DNA from: the human T2T-CHM13v2.0 reference genome, Homo sapiens
Direction: 5' to 3' (one strand)
Assembly (NCBI RefSeq): GCF_009914755.1
Contig: NC_060947.1
DNA: 64,000 nucleotides
How positions within the stretch are numbered: the stretch's first letter is position 1; each line of letters starts with the position of its first letter. A model generated the notes under the pieces. That model searched no databases. It was not told where the DNA came from and worked only from the letters and a program-made list of their open reading frames with translations. Position numbers and translations under genes: made by a program. Of this stretch, positions 1-16,779 are shown piece by piece.

Positions 1-1526
1 CAGAATGAAAATAGTGAGAACTCACAATACTGCTAGAGATTTTACTTTATGAACAATAACACCGTTTCTGATGAGTGTTTCATATTTGAGGATACTATGG
101 AACAAATAAATCATTTAGCGAAATTTGATCATTTTTCGAATAAAGAAGTTGAACCTCATGGCGGTCTGAAGGCAAATTCAAAGGCTAGTCAAAATCAGAT
201 TAGAAACCAGTCATTGCACTACACTGCCATGGTACCTTAACCTCATTCTCTCAGATACTATCTCAGTGTATTTGAAGACCAAGTATCGCACAAAGTTTGC
301 TTTCAACATGCCCTCACCCCAAGAAAGTCAATGTGAGTAAGTAAGATGAAAGCAGTGCCTTCAACAAAACTAATCTTGGGCAGTCAACCTCAGGGAAGTC
401 CGATTAGCCAGTCGCTGGGTGTAACCTTCAAACACCGCTGGGAAATCTAAAGAAGAGGCTCTACTGTCTAAATTTCAGGCCAAGTTTCTGCCAAGGGACA
501 GGCAGGAATGGAAATACAGAATTATAATGCATAGCATGTGTAATTGAAAACAAGCAAGATTTCAAAGATAGCAGGTATAAATGTGCACTCACAAAGCTTT
601 AGTTGGTCAGTCTTTTAAGAGTTTTATTAAACAACAAAAACTGTGAGAGGATGTCATTTAGAAACCATGATGAGCATCAACCTCCCCACAGGGTTTGTAT
701 TAGGAAACAAAAATAAATAAATTCACTGAGAAGAAAAGGAATAGAGAAACTGGAAAGAAGGCACTTCTGGTCATAAACTAGCCATAGCCAGAATGCTCAA
801 AATATGAAAACAGAAAGGCCTATATGTTGGCACAACCAAAACCTATGGTTGTAAACAATAACCTAATTCATTGATGTGATATTCTAAAAGGACAAAGTGC
901 TGGAAGTAAAGTGGATTATTTTTTGAGGCTTGCATACGAAGAGATTTATGTTATAATATCATCTGATATCTAAATGCTGGAGTTTCTAAGTTGTAGACCA
1001 TATCATGGCAATGGACTAATTCATTAAAGCATGATATTGTTATTTTTAATATTTTGTATTTGGCATTCAGCACTGACTGCATTGTACATACATGTATTCT
1101 CTACTTACAAGTCACTATATACAATAGATATACAACATTTTAATTAAAATTTGCACAACTCCTCCCATGTTAAATTTTTTAACATTCTGCAAGATATGTT
1201 CTGCCTTAGCTAAATTAAGTACTCCTTAATTAATCCATTTTTAGCACTTCATTCACTGATACAAGCAGTTGCTTTTACCATTTAGTAACAATGCTTCTCA
1301 TTAAAGGACGGTAAAATGTCATAATGGAAATAATTTGCGTTGATGAAGATGATTGAATTTCATCATAAAATTAATAACGATAAAAAGTAATGGCCTATAT
1401 TTATCCAGGAGAAACACAAAACAATTTTATCTTTTGCACTTTCCATTACGCTTTTCAACATGCTTATGGTGTAACTAGCAGAAAACTATCACCATCATCT
1501 TGTTACAAGTAGAAAACAGTGGCTCA

Positions 1527-2602
<1,076 letters not shown>

Positions 2603-2803
2603 TCAAAATGCATAATGCTTGCCTAGAGCATAACAGGGAAAAAAGGAAAATCAGATGCTTTTAGAAGACTGATACACTGAAAACTATTTGAGCGTTCTGT
2701 TAATCAATAAATCCTAAACCTACCAATACAAATGGAACTTATCATGCAGCCAATCCAGTAAATAATGGTAGCTGGAAGTAATGATAGTGATTGTAAAAAC
2801 TAT

Positions 2804-3255
<452 letters not shown>

Positions 3256-4329
3256 AGGAAGTTACGAATAAATAATTTCAAAATTCTCAGTTTACCACTT
3301 GCCACTGTATCCCTGCTTCATTGAATTGCCTTCCATAAAAGCCCTCTTCGCTGGGATAGTTTTTGGAAATTAAATCAGAATGGAAGCTCTGCAGTGTTAA
3401 TACCAAACATCCTGAGAGTGCCTCAGAGCAAATGCACAGAAGCTGGTGGGGAAAAGTCAGTTAAATGAAAATTCGCAACCAACTGTGACTTTAGGAGTTT
3501 TAAATAAGACGTGTTTCAGTTGAAAAGTTTTTCAAAAATCAAATTTCTGCCGTGTGCCCTAATCAACAGGAAAAGTTCTATCTTTAAATTTTCAATTTCC
3601 AAATGCAGGAAATTTTCAAAATTGTCTCTTCCGTCACAATTGTCCTAAGTTTACATATGTTAAATATATTTTATTTGAAAAATACATCCTTGACTATTTA
3701 AATCCTTAGAACAAATATTTGGTATGTAACTTCTAAACCCAGGAGAACAGACACTAACTTGACATAACAAATGGAAGCTACTCAGTCAGCATGGGAGACT
3801 ACAGATAGAAAAACATCTGTACTTTCTTACAATTCTCTCGACATGCCTGTTGTGGGAAGAACTATTAGGGTTTACATTTGAGATGAAAGTATTTTGACTC
3901 AGTGACATTTAACTCTGCTTAAGTGATTGTCACCTGCGGTTTTCGTGCTTTGCTTTTGACCTAACCAAATTGACTTTTTCTTTCCTCTGCTGCTAGAAAA
4001 AGTATAGTCAGTTTCAGAAGTAACTCCACCCCTTATCTTCCTCGCTAACATAAAATAGTCTATTTGTGAACCTTAATTGTTTACAGTGTTAGAAGTTATA
4101 CTTGATACACAGTGAGGCCAGAATAAAGATGTTTATTTCATGTGACATAAATTTAATTGGTTATTATTCTTTCTGGTATATTTTGGGATTTCAAAATATG
4201 CCTGATGGTATAAGGGCAGTCCTGGGGCAAATTACTCAATGATGACTAGCTTAACGCAGATATTGTACAAAATGATCAGGTTTTTTTTTTTTTGAAAAAA
4301 ATATGGTAAAAATGGACCCACTACATATA

Positions 4330-4540
4330 AAAGAGCTTAGCCTGTTGAGGCAAAAATACCTTGATCAAATCCTGACCCTATCACTAATAGGTAAGGGACT
4401 GTGGTAAAATTCACTAATTTCCCTGTCCCAGTTTTTATCTATAAAATGAGTCATATTAGTATCTTGCAAATAATTAGGGATGATGTTAACAGAGAAAATG
4501 AATGCAAAGTAAATGCTCAATATATACGATCTATTATTTT
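4330..4540 (+). mobile_element. MIR SINE
   Basis: MIR core: tcaaatcctgacc...cagtttttatctataaaatgag...aaatgctcaata. Confidence 0.7.
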
Positions 4541-5479
4541 TCCTGATTTCCTTCCAATTGGCACATAATTGTAATTCATAGGTTTGCTTGCATTCATGCC
4601 TTCATTAAGTATTTGTGGAATGCCTACCATGTGTCAGACATGATACCAATTCACCAAGCAATTAATCACGTTTTATAATTAGAATGGCTCCATTTCCTAA
4701 TTCCTAAGGAAGAAACGAGTGGACCATTGGACAAACCAGATGGCATACAACACTGATGTGACTCTCTCAGCACAAAACATTTATGTGGGATGGTGTCATG
4801 GTGGTATCATATGTCATACGCAACATCAGAATAAGGGGTTCAGTGTTGAGCAAAACACCATCACACACAAACTTCAACAACTGACAAAATAACTGATGGC
4901 GAATTAAGTTTTCCTGAACTAATCCAAAGTTTTCAGTAGTACTCTAACTGAAAACTGAAACCAGTGGACGAACATCACGCATTTGTGTATTTTCTAAGCA
5001 CTACTGGAGGCATGCTGATGAAACACACCCAATCAAGAAGTAGCAAACTTTAACCCATTTTCAAATTACAAAGATACATTTTCCTTTTGACAGTACTTAT
5101 GAAATTTCATTTGAGTTTGGAGTTTCTGGCTTCCACCATTGTAATTAGGACCTCCCAACTACAAATACAATAATATCCATGGATGTCAAGTAATTTCCAA
5201 TGTGAAAAAAATGCAATTTAGAAATTTACAGAAGTGAAGATAATCAAATGTGAAGCATTGATGGAGAAAGGTACAAGTGAAAAAGAGAGTAAGCATCCAA
5301 AACCATGTAACACAAATATGATGATGATAAGGGATAACTTTATAAAAGAGAATGTAATAAATGATGTTAAGAATGCGTAAAACATAGCTGAGATTGATTT
5401 TCATTAAAATGTATATACTAAAGTATATTTTTTGAATAGTGAATAGAATTTGATGTATGTGTTAAAAGACACTGCCTTC

Positions 5480-5930
5480 CATGCCTGTAAAGTACAGCAT
5501 GACCCAATCCTTCACACTTAGCTAAAAGCACTCTAATGTCATCCCTCTTTCTCTTTCACACATTGGTCTTGTTTTGTTTTTGCATCTCAAATACCGAAGG
5601 CCATTTTACACCTCTTGATCTTCATATTTGGTGCTCTTTTACCTAAAATAATTTCTCTTTTTGCATTTTTGATTCATTCTCACCCATTAGGTCTTAACTC
5701 ATATGGCACCTCTTCAGAGATGCATTTCCTATCCCATTTAAAGAAGCCCAACCCCTTTCCCTTTATTTTACATTGATTTCCTTTACATTGCTTGTCACAA
5801 ACTGTCATTATTATGTTTATTTTTTATATAAGAATATAAAAACCACAAAGGCAGGAACTTCCTTTAGATTGTTTTACCAATGACTGAGAAGTAGTAGGTA
5901 CTCAGTATTTGTTAAATCAGTAAATGAATG
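5480..5930 (+). mobile_element. L2 3' fragment
   Basis: Pyrimidine-rich L2 body ending agtaggtactcagtatttgttaaatcagtaaatgaatg. Confidence 0.65.
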
Positions 5931-6109
5931 GAGAGAGAACCTTTTGGGAATAAAGGTTCATTTTCATGGTCTACACCCCCTGAATGTAGAGTAAGACACA
6001 TGTTGAAAATTGAGCACTGCTTGAAGGGGCAGAAAGCACATAGCAAGGAACAGGAGCAGCCTGTATTTTTCTCCCTACAAAATTCTGCAAAAGAGATTCA
6101 GTTTGGTAT

Positions 6110-6295
6110 AGAATTAGTTTTTATCAAGTATCAATTATATACAAGAACTTTTATTATGTTTTTTTTTCATTTAAATTCACCACTCTCTTGTGAGTTAAGA
6201 ATACAGCCCAAGGTCATACAACCAATAAGTGACAGTCTGATTAAAGTGGAAAAAAAAAAGTAGAGTCCTTGGTTTGGCTCCCAGTTCTTTCATTT
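6110..6295 (-). mobile_element. MIR fragment
   Basis: cccaaggtcatacaacc and flanking sequence resemble antisense MIR. Confidence 0.5.
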
Positions 6296-7859
6296 TGTGA
6301 CCTTGGATAAAGTTAAGCATAATGCACCTCAGCTTCCTATTGTATTGCAAGAAGTTTTTCTTATTGATCACATTTCCAAAAATAAGACTTGATTTGAAGA
6401 ACATCTCATGCTCTAGAAACTGTATCAGATTATTTTTAAGTGATAGGGAAAGAAGCATTAATTTCCAAATTAGAGAGCATTAGCAGGTTAATCAAGAAGC
6501 CTATGAGTGATGATGACAAAGTTAGTACATTTTAAATTCAGATTGAAAATACTCAAGACACAGGAAAACTAATGTTTTATTCATTGTTCTAAACTTTGGC
6601 ATACACACTACAAAATAGCACCGTGCTTTACAAAAACGTATTTTCAAAAATAATATTGACTGATATCTACAGAAAAAAAAATGTACTCAAGTGCTCTCAG
6701 ACTGAGGATAGGAAAAGCAGACTCCTTAGAACTTTGGAAGCATAGCTTCCAAAAATTTTGTGCTAAGCGTCTGCATACCTGGGGGTTTGAAAGATTCAAG
6801 TGTGTGAATTCCTTGTCATCTCACTAAAACTATGAGTCAGCGGTGGGTAGGATTCTACCAAATAATGATAATTGTAAAAAATGCTTTTTAAGCTCAGATA
6901 TATGAGAAAGGGATTCAATAAAGAAACAAAAACCTAGGATGGTATACACACATTTATAAACAATATGATCACTAATATATAACTATAATATGCATGCAAA
7001 CATTACATATTTGGAAAGCAACTCCCTTTGACTAGATATTAGCAACTTCAAAGACTAAATAGAGAAAAGGAAAGGCTTTGCGTAGAATCTTACTGCTATT
7101 TTAATTACTGAATGTTCCTTTTGTCCATTTGCAATTTTAAAATTTCTTCTTTCCTTTTCTCAGTGGCTGGATGAGGGTTAAAACTGATATGCTAAATACC
7201 ACATAACCCATTTTCTTGGTATAGCTTCCAGTTCTTCTTGACTCTGAAATGTCGGCCTCTCTCAAATACCTCTCCCTCAGGTAGAGCTCTACTAGCAGGG
7301 GCCTGTCTTTCCTGATGACCAGAAACCCAGGGGCTTGGTATAACTATCTCAATTACTATATCCTATGGAGCCTGACTCCTTATCATAGCTCCAGTCCCCA
7401 TATGGGCTCTGATCTTGGATTGACCAGATGGGTCATTTCCACTCTTATCTCAATGGGAACGTGCCCCTTGATTAGGAAAGCTTTCCCTCAGAGAAAACAC
7501 ATCCCATTGACGGTTTTGGCCCCAAGAGTTCAACCGTTAGTTGTCTTTGATATTTTAATTTCATAAGTCTGGATTTAATCTCTCACTTTTAAACATTTTA
7601 TTACAAAAGCCATACATGCTTATTGTAGTGGAAAACTAAAACAGTACAGACGCATTTAAAGTTAATAGTGAAAGTACCCCATATCTCTACAGCACCACAG
7701 TCCCATTAGCTAGAAGTAATACTTGTCACCAGATGCTATGTCATCCATACATCCATGCATCTATCCATTCAGCCATTCTTTTAGCTATCCATTTATCATA
7801 CTCATCTGCCTGTCTAATGAGATTAAACATATACACTGTCTATGCATGTACTTTCTTAA

Positions 7860-8050
7860 GATGTGCTCAATTAGTAAAGATTCAAAATTTAGCTTTACCA
7901 CTCACTGGTATTATGAATTTGGATAAGAAACTTAATTTCTTCATTTCTTCATACCCTCATTGGTAAAATGAGGCAAAGACTTTTCCAAGAAGGTAAGTGC
8001 AAGTAAGGCATTTAGAGCAATGCCTGGCATAAAGTATGTTTTCAGCAAAT
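7860..8050 (+). mobile_element. MIR SINE
   Basis: gattcaaaatttagctttaccactcactgg...ctcattggtaaaatgagg...tgcctggcataaagta. Confidence 0.65.
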
Positions 8051-8124
8051 TTCAAGTTTAAAATGTATATACACATGTATATATACAATGTGAACTTCAA
8101 AATTAATTTCAGTAATGCATGTAT

Positions 8125-8280
8125 TCATTTATCCATTTATTTATTCTGTAACTATTTATTGGACACTTGCCATAAGTCGAGGATTATGCTGGACACTGCA
8201 GCTGAAATAGTGAGCAAAAATAAAAACAAACACAAACAAACCTAGACCCTGATTTTATGGTGCCTATAGTCCAATGGTAG
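8125..8280 (-). mobile_element. L2 3'-end fragment
   Basis: attcatttatccatttattt...atttattggacacttgccat...gctggacactg. Confidence 0.6.
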
Positions 8281-8299
8281 AGATATATCTGCCTAACAG

Positions 8300-9200
8300 T
8301 CCATAGCATGAAAAATACTGGAGCTACTGTGTACAACGCTGCAATGAACATCCTTACACATTTGTCGTAGATATGTATGAGTATTACTATATATCTAATT
8401 CTTAAATGTGAAACCTCAGGATCAAATATATGTAAAATTACATATTTTGAAAGATAATACTAAATTGTCTGATTAAAATATTACAAGTTGTGTTTCCTCC
8501 AAAAGAAACACAGGGCCTATTTACATGAACCCTCATAATAAGAAGATATTTGTACTATGCATTTATTTATTAGTTAAGCTTAATTTTATTTTGATGGGCT
8601 ATTTCTAATTTTCCCAAGTGAATGTCCTGACCATAATATGTAGCCACTTTTAAAATATTATACTTTGTATATTCATTGTAGGAGTGTTATCATACTGAGG
8701 TTATTGATTTTTTATTACTAGTGTCATTCTGCAGTCCATCATAGGTTTTATTACTGTTTAATGGTCTTTCACAATGGAAAATATTTTAATTTTGTGTTGG
8801 TAAATTTGTCGGTATTTTACAGCCTCTAGGTTTTATATCACCTTAATATTATTGTAATATTCTTCTACATTGTAATAAAGTATTTAAATGTTTATTCACA
8901 TTCAATCATTATCTGAAAGTTATCTTAGTATTTGTTGTGCCTTGGGTTTCCACAGTTGAAGGCTTTATTAGCTAACCTATTCTATCTCTAGAGACATGAA
9001 ATGTCACCCTAATTGTGTACTAAATTTACCTAAATAAAAGGGAATGTTGTCAAAATATCTATTCCACACCATTAAATTATTTCTCTATCATGTCATACTA
9101 TGTTAAGTATGTTATAAAATCTACTAAAGCAAATCACCTGTTTGAAAATAATTTCTTAACTGTACTCACGCATTTACATTTAAACAAATTTTAGAATTAT
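8300..9200 (-). mobile_element. Ancient L1M (L1ME-like) fragment
   Basis: gctgcaatgaacatcctta and T-rich degenerate antisense ORF2-like sequence. Confidence 0.5.
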
Positions 9201-9782
9201 CTAGAAAACTGAATCCCTCTTACCATTCATGTGATTTATGTTCAGTGTGCTCACCCTGAACATAAACACCCTTTCTTCTCTGCTTATTCTCTAAGTGGCT
9301 GACCCTTTCACACTGTATCTCCTGTGATCATTAGCTGGCTAGATTCCAGTTGCATTAAGCTGGTGGGAAGTACCAGCTGGAGATTGAAAGAAGAGGGAAA
9401 GAGAAAGCTGGGGAAATTTCTCTATTATTTCCCTGCTCCAGAGCTGCATAATGTAGTATCTGAGTTCTACCAACAACTACATTCCCTCCATTGGTGCAGC
9501 TTTCACTGAACTCCGTTCCCCCTTTCCTTTCAGCTACTATATAGTAGGAATAGTAGAAATAGTAACTACTTCCTACTATTGCTCCTCTCTAGATTATTTC
9601 TTGTCACCTATTTGTTAATATATACTTCTGTAACTTTTAAAATACAATTATCTTCATTTTACCATCTGAGATAAATTCTATTTATTGCTAGGGTTCTGTT
9701 ATATCCTCTAAAATAATACAAATATAGATACACAGAGAGTCGCATACATACATGTTTGTGGGCATGTGAGTGTGTAATTATA

Positions 9783-10150
9783 CAGATGCTCCTCGACTTA
9801 TGACAGGGTTACATTCCAATAAACCCATTGTCCATAGAAAATATAGTGAGTCAAAATTGCATTTAATACACTGAACCTGTCAAATATTATAGCTTAGCCT
9901 AGCCTTCCTTAAACATGCAAGAACACTTACATTAGCCTATACTTTGGCAAAACCATCTAACACAAAGCCTGTTCTATAAAAACTAAAGTACTGAATATAT
10001 CGTGTAATGCATTGAGCACAGTAGTGACAGTGAAAAATGGCATGATTAAATGGGTACTCAAAGTACGGTTTCTACTGAACGCACACTGCTTTCACACCAT
10101 CATAAAGTTGAAAAATCATTAGTCAAACCATCTTAAGTCAGGGACCATCT
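9783..10150 (+). mobile_element. MER47A (TcMar-Tigger non-autonomous DNA transposon)
   Basis: TIRs cagatgctcctcgactta...taagtcaggg(g)accatct; preceding TA; internal atagcttagcctagcc; ~367 bp. Confidence 0.85.
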
Positions 10151-10171
10151 AGATCTTGATTGAAGTAACTT

Positions 10172-10619
10172 CAGGAACTTTAGATTTAAGGGGTACAAGT
10201 GCAATTTTGTTACATGGATATGTTGTGTAGTGATCAAGTCTCGGCTTTTAGTGTACCCATCACACAAATAGTCTACAATGTACCTAATAGGTAATTTTTC
10301 ATCTCTCACCCCCTTCCCACTCTCCCATCTTTTGGAGTCTCCAATGTTGAGTATTCAATTCTGTATGTCCATGTGTACCCATTGATTAGTTACCACTTAT
10401 AGGAAAATACAGTATTTGATTTTCTGTTTCTGACTTATTTCACTTAGGATGATAGCCTCCAGTTTCATCCATGTTGCTGCAAAAGACATAATTTTATTCC
10501 TTTGTGGCTCGTTAGTATTCCATTATATATACACACCACATTATCTTTATCTACTCATGGACACAACTTGATTCCACGATTTTGCTATTACGCATAGTGC
10601 TCCAGTGAACATGCGAGTG
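10172..10619 (-). mobile_element. 5'-truncated L1PB-like 3' end
   Basis: ggggtacaagtgcaattttgttacatggat antisense 3'UTR; degenerate TSD tgattgaagtaactt (10157-10171) / tgactgaagttactt (10620-10634). Confidence 0.8.
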
Positions 10620-11178
10620 TGACTGAAGTTACTTTCAATGTACAAACTAACTTAGGGAGAACTAGCATTTTCATCATATGTGACTTCCTTTCCTCATGTC
10701 TTTATTTATGTACTTATATACAACTTTAAACTTCCTATAAAAAAAAGCTTATACTTTCTTGTGCGGTTTACTTCTAAGAAAACTACATAGATTTTGGAAC
10801 TTCTCTTTTTTAAAAATAATTTTATTGTGTGTTTTAAGGTATACACATGATGCTATAAGATACACATGTAAATGGTTACCATAATGAAACCATAATGAAA
10901 GAAATTAACATATCCATCATCTCACATAATCGTTCCCCCACCCTCTGACCACGAGAAGCTATAATCTACTCATTTAGTAAAAATTCTGAATACAACACAC
11001 TATTAACTATAATCCTCATGTTTTATATTAGATCTTTCAACTTGTTTATCCCACATATTTGCTACTTTATAGACTTTGACCTACATCTCCCCATTTCCTC
11101 CTTCCACCCCCAACCTGGTAACCACTGTTTTATTCTCTCTATATAGTTATACACAATGGAATATTACTTGGCCTTTAA

Positions 11179-11804
<626 letters not shown>

Positions 11805-12168
11805 GGAGATCTTCTTATTTGCCACAGGACAGATGGAGCCGAAGAACATTAGGCTAAGTGAAATAAGCAAGACACAGAAAGAAAAATATTGCATGATCTC
11901 ACTTGTTTGTGGAAACTGAAAAACAAAAAGTAACTATGCTGAGTATCATTTTATTACCACTGTACATTTCCTAATTTTGAGATCATTTTACATAATGAGA
12001 AAATCATATTATTTTCAAATAATTTATCTTGTGCTTTCCAATATATATTTCATGTAACTTTCTCTCGTCATATAATATTGGCTAGGTTCTCCAGAAAAAT
12101 ACTGAACAGCGTCAATACAGAGGAGGAATATTCTTGTCGTATTTATTGTTTGAGTCATTCTAGCATAT

Positions 12169-14538
12169 TGATATGATTTGGATTTGTTTCCTTGCCCAAA
12201 TCTCATGTTGAGTTGTGTTCCCCAGTGTTGGAGGAGGGGCCTGGTGGGAGATGATAGGATCATGAGGGTGAATTTCCCAGTTGCTGTTCTCATGATAATG
12301 AGTTCTCATGAGATCTGGTTGTTTAAAAGTGTGTAGTACTGCCCCCTGCTTTCTCCTCCTTCTCTGGCCATGTAAGGTATAAGATGTGCCTGCTTCCCCT
12401 TCGCCTTCCACAAGAAGGTGGAAATTTCCTGAGGTATCCCCAGCCATACTTCCTGTACAGCCTGAAGAACTTTGAGTTAAGTAAACCTCTTATCTTTACA
12501 AATTACTCAATCTCAGGTAGTTTATAGCAATGCGAGAAAGGACTAATACAGAAAATTGGTACCGAGAGGTAGGGCACTGCTACGAAGATACATGAGAACG
12601 TGGAACTAACTTTGGAACAGAGTAAGAAGCACACGTTGGAACAGTGTGGAGCGCTCAGAAGACAGGAAGATGAGGGAAAGTTTGTAACTTCCTAGAGACT
12701 TGAACTGCTTGGACCAAAATGCTGATATTGATATGGACAATGAGATCCAGGCTGAGGTGGTCTCAGATGAAGATGAGGAACTTATTGGGAACTGCAATAA
12801 AGGTCACTCTCGCAATGCTTTAACAAAAAGAGATTGGCAGCATTGTGCCCCTGCTCTAGGTATGTGTGGAACTTTTAACTTGAGACTGATGATTTAGGGT
12901 ATATGGTAGAAGAAATTTCTAACCAGCAAAACATTTAAGATGTGACCTGGCTTCTTCTAACAGTATACGGTCATATGTATGAGCAAAGAGATTATCTGAA
13001 ACTGGAACTTATATTTAAAAGGGAAGCAGAGCATAAAAGTTTAGAAAATTTGCAGCCTGACCATGTGGTAGAAAACAAAAGCCTATTTTCTCGGGGTGGT
13101 GGGGGAAATTCAAGCTGTCTGCGGAAATTTGCATAAGTAAAAAGGAACTGAATGTTAATAACCAAGACAAAGGGGAAAATGCCCAAAGGCATTTCAGAAC
13201 CCTTTGCAGCAGCCCCTCCTATCACAGGTCTGGAGGTCTAGGAAGGAAAAATGATTTCGGAGGCCAGGCCTAGGGCCTCACTGCTCTGCACAACCTCAAG
13301 ACACTGCTCCCTATGTCCCAGACACTCCAGCTCCAGCTGTTACTAAAAAGGCCCCAGATGTGTCTTGGGGTGTTGCTTCAGAGGGTGCAAGCCATAAGCA
13401 TTGGTGGCTTCCATGTGGTGTTAATCCTGCAAGTGTGCAGAGTGTGAGAGTTGAGGCTTGAGAGCATCCACCTAGATTTCAGAGAATGTGTGGAAACACC
13501 TGCATGTCCAGGTAGAAGTCTGCTGCAGCGGGGGAGCCTGCATAGAGAACCTCTACTAGGGCAGTGCAGAAGGGTAATGTGGGGTTAGAGCTCTCACACA
13601 GAGTCCCCACTGGGGCACTGCCTACTTGAGCTTTGAGAAGAGGGCCACTGTCCTCCAGAGCCTAGAATGGTCTCTCCAGTGACAGTTTGCACCATACACC
13701 TGGAAAAGCCCCAGTCACTCAATGCCAGCCCATGAAAACAACTAAGGGTGCTGTACACCCTGCTGAGCCACAGGGATGGAGATGCCCAAGGCCTTGGGAG
13801 CCTGTCCCTTGCATCACTGTGGCTTGGATGAGATGTGGAGTCAAAGGAAATTATTTTGGAGCTTTAAGATTTAATGACTACCCTGCTGGGTTTTGGACTT
13901 GCACAGGGCCTGTAACCCCTTTCTTCTGATCGATTTAACTCTTTTGAGCTAATGCCTGTACCCTCATTGTATCTTGGAAGTAACTCATTTTGATTTTACA
14001 GGATCATAGGTTGAAGGGACTTGCCTTAGTCTCAGATGAGACTTTGGACTGTGGACTTTTGAACTAATACTGGAATGAGTTAAGACTTTGGGGAACTGTT
14101 GGGAAAGCATGATTGTATTTTGAAATGTGAGAACAATATGAGATTTGGGAGGGGTTGGGGCAGAACGATATAGTTTGGCACTGTGTCCCTGCCCAAATCT
14201 CATGTTGTATTGTGATCCCCAATATTGAATGAGGCGCCTGGTGGGAGGTGACTGAATCATAGGGGCAGATTTCCCTCTTACTGTTCCAATGATAGTGAGT
14301 TCTCATGATATCTGGTTGTGTGAAAGCGTGTAGCATCTCTGCCTGCTCTCTCTTCCTCCTTCTCTGGCCATGTAAGCCGTGCCTACTTCCCCTTCACCTT
14401 CCACAGTGATTTCCTGAGACCTCCCCAGCCATGCTTCCCATACAGCCTGTGGAACTGCAAGTCAATTAAGCCTCTTTTCTTTATAAATTACCCAGTCACA
14501 GGTAGTTGTTTATAGCAATGTGAGAACGGACTAATACA
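12169..14538 (+). mobile_element. Full-length MaLR element, MSTA-like (LTR 12169-12550, internal 12551-14165, LTR 14166-14538)
   Basis: Two direct LTRs tgatat...taataca; tggtacc PBS-like site after the 5' LTR; polypurine tract before the 3' LTR; perfect 5-bp TSD catat (12164-12168 / 14539-14543). Confidence 0.93.
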
Positions 14539-15964
14539 CATATCAAGATAAGGACATTTATTCCCAGATTAGTAAGAACCTTTCTCAGGACTTGGTAATG
14601 TATTTAAGCAAATGTCATTGGATATATTACTTTTGCTTTTACTGATAGGACTGACTAGTTCTGGCTTCCTGACTTTAAGAAAAGGAAGAACAAAGATTAA
14701 ATATTACCTGTTCACTGTTTTGCATTTTATTATTAATATAAATATGTCACATAAAAACATCAATTAAATGAAAGCCCTGAATTTCATCACTTTAAAAGAC
14801 TTTCCTTATTGCTCTTTAAAATATATGGCAAATGTGGATGGAAGTACACACTTAGCAAATAATTTTGTCAGCTAAAACTTTTTATTCCAATGTTGACTCA
14901 AGTGTAAATAGTTAATAACCTTCCATATTTAAAATGCTCCATTAGGTAAATAATCTGTAATTGGTGCCTCTTTATATCGGGGAAGAGGCTATATTCTTGG
15001 TAGCAAAATAGTCTGATTCAATTACCTACATATATAGTTACTCAACTAGAGAAGGTAGGCAAATAGGTGATTCACAAACACTAAACATAACTGGACATAG
15101 TTGGAAATACTATGAATCACCCATGCATCCTCTATCATGATTATCATAGCAGTGTTCCTCAAAGTATATCTCAACTTATCAGCCATTGCATCCACATAAT
15201 CTGATGAATTGAAAATAATAATTAATATAAGATAGACTGGTTGGAAGCAAATAGCTTCAAATAGAAAGTATTACAAAGGTTCAGATAATCTTAATAGAGC
15301 TAAGCTTCTAGAGGTTTACATGAACCAAATAAAAATCAGCACTGAGCTTTCATATTCCTTTTCAATTTCTCATTATCAATTTGTTTCTCTGTGTGAGTGT
15401 AGGGTGATGAAGAATGAAGTAGATGAAATTTTCAGTAAAGTATACATATGTTGCCAAGAAATCAGAGGCAAATAATTCTATAACTTTGGGTCATTGTACT
15501 AAATAAAAGAGAAACCTTAGTATTGCAAAGTTTAAAATGATTATGTTAATATGCATTTGCCTCCAAATATTATAGTAAAATAATGGAATAACAAAATTTA
15601 ATTCTGGTGGAAATATTTTGGATATTGTACAGATGCACATGATGCTTTGAGCATATTAAATGTAGACTTACTTTTGTGTTCTTATTTAAGTTATTTTCAC
15701 TGCTTGGAATGCCTGATACTTTTTTTTTCATTTATTTAGCTGAATAAATGTACATTTACTGTTATCAGTCAGTCAATATCCAAATGCTTGGTGTGCAGTT
15801 ATTTCCCAGAATACCTCAAGAGCTTGGTACACAATGCCCTTTTCCAACCTCTGAACGTTTATCACCAGATAGACTCTATCATATAATACGTTGTTATCCC
15901 AGCTTGCATGTGCACACGTGCACACACATACTATATGACCTGACCCATTAGAATTCATTCATTC

Positions 15965-15994
15965 ATATATATATATATATATACACACACACAC
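15965..15994. repeat. Compound microsatellite (AT)9(AC)6
   Basis: Read directly from the sequence. Confidence 0.9.
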
Positions 15995-16779
15995 GTTTTA
16001 ATATTAAAGTAAATTAAATATATTAAGTAAATAAAATACACAAGATACTTACAAGTAAAGCAAACAAGACAACATTACTAGCATTTCTTTGACTGTTTCT
16101 ATCTGACAGAGCCACTCAACACTCGTAACACCTATTATACGAGTCAAATCATACCTTACAAAAGAGTTTTTGTCTACCACAATTCTTTATTGTTGTTACC
16201 TTTTCTAATTTTTTTCAGAATGGGAGGGGAAACAATATGAACTCCTAGAAGACAATGCATTTTAACGGTCTAATACCAAGACTGGCTCATTTTGCACCCA
16301 TTAAATGCCTGTGAAAAAATTGACCAAAATTGGTCACAGATGGAACACATCTCATTGCTCTTCTTAGATAATTTCTATTACTTACATTTTCTTTTACAAT
16401 CGTTTTTTTACTTAGCTCACATCCAAATGAGCAAATTACATTCATTTGGAAATGTTATTCGATTCACATTGTTTGCCCCCATGGGGATTTTTTTAACGCC
16501 TTTTTAGAAACTACTTAAATAGGTCCTAAATTTATTATCTTGGTCCATGGGTGTTGAATAAGCAAACTGAGAAAATCATTGTTACAACTGTCAATTCTAC
16601 ATTAAAAATGATGTTAAAATCTGGTCATACATCTCTGGATCTGACATATTTTAGATAAATATTAGAAAGGGTTAAGTAGCTGAGGCGATAGACATTTTAA
16701 CTAGCTAGATCAAATCTTTCTCATAATGTATGCATAGATCAAAACACTACATTTTACCCCATTATTATCTGCTTTTATA

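Noticed and set aside
49-240. 63-aa ORF at the start of the window
   Set aside because: No recognisable homology, promoter or splice context; length compatible with chance
4700-4990. Possible ancient CR1/L3-like fragment
   Set aside because: Resemblance too weak to support without an HMM search
7160-7550. Locally GC-richer stretch with an 83-aa ORF, possibly an ERVL internal fragment
   Set aside because: Cannot assign a family confidently; no exon signals
16219-16265. Plus-strand acceptor followed by WEGKQYELLEDNAF*
   Set aside because: No partner exons or homology; T-rich pseudo-acceptors are common
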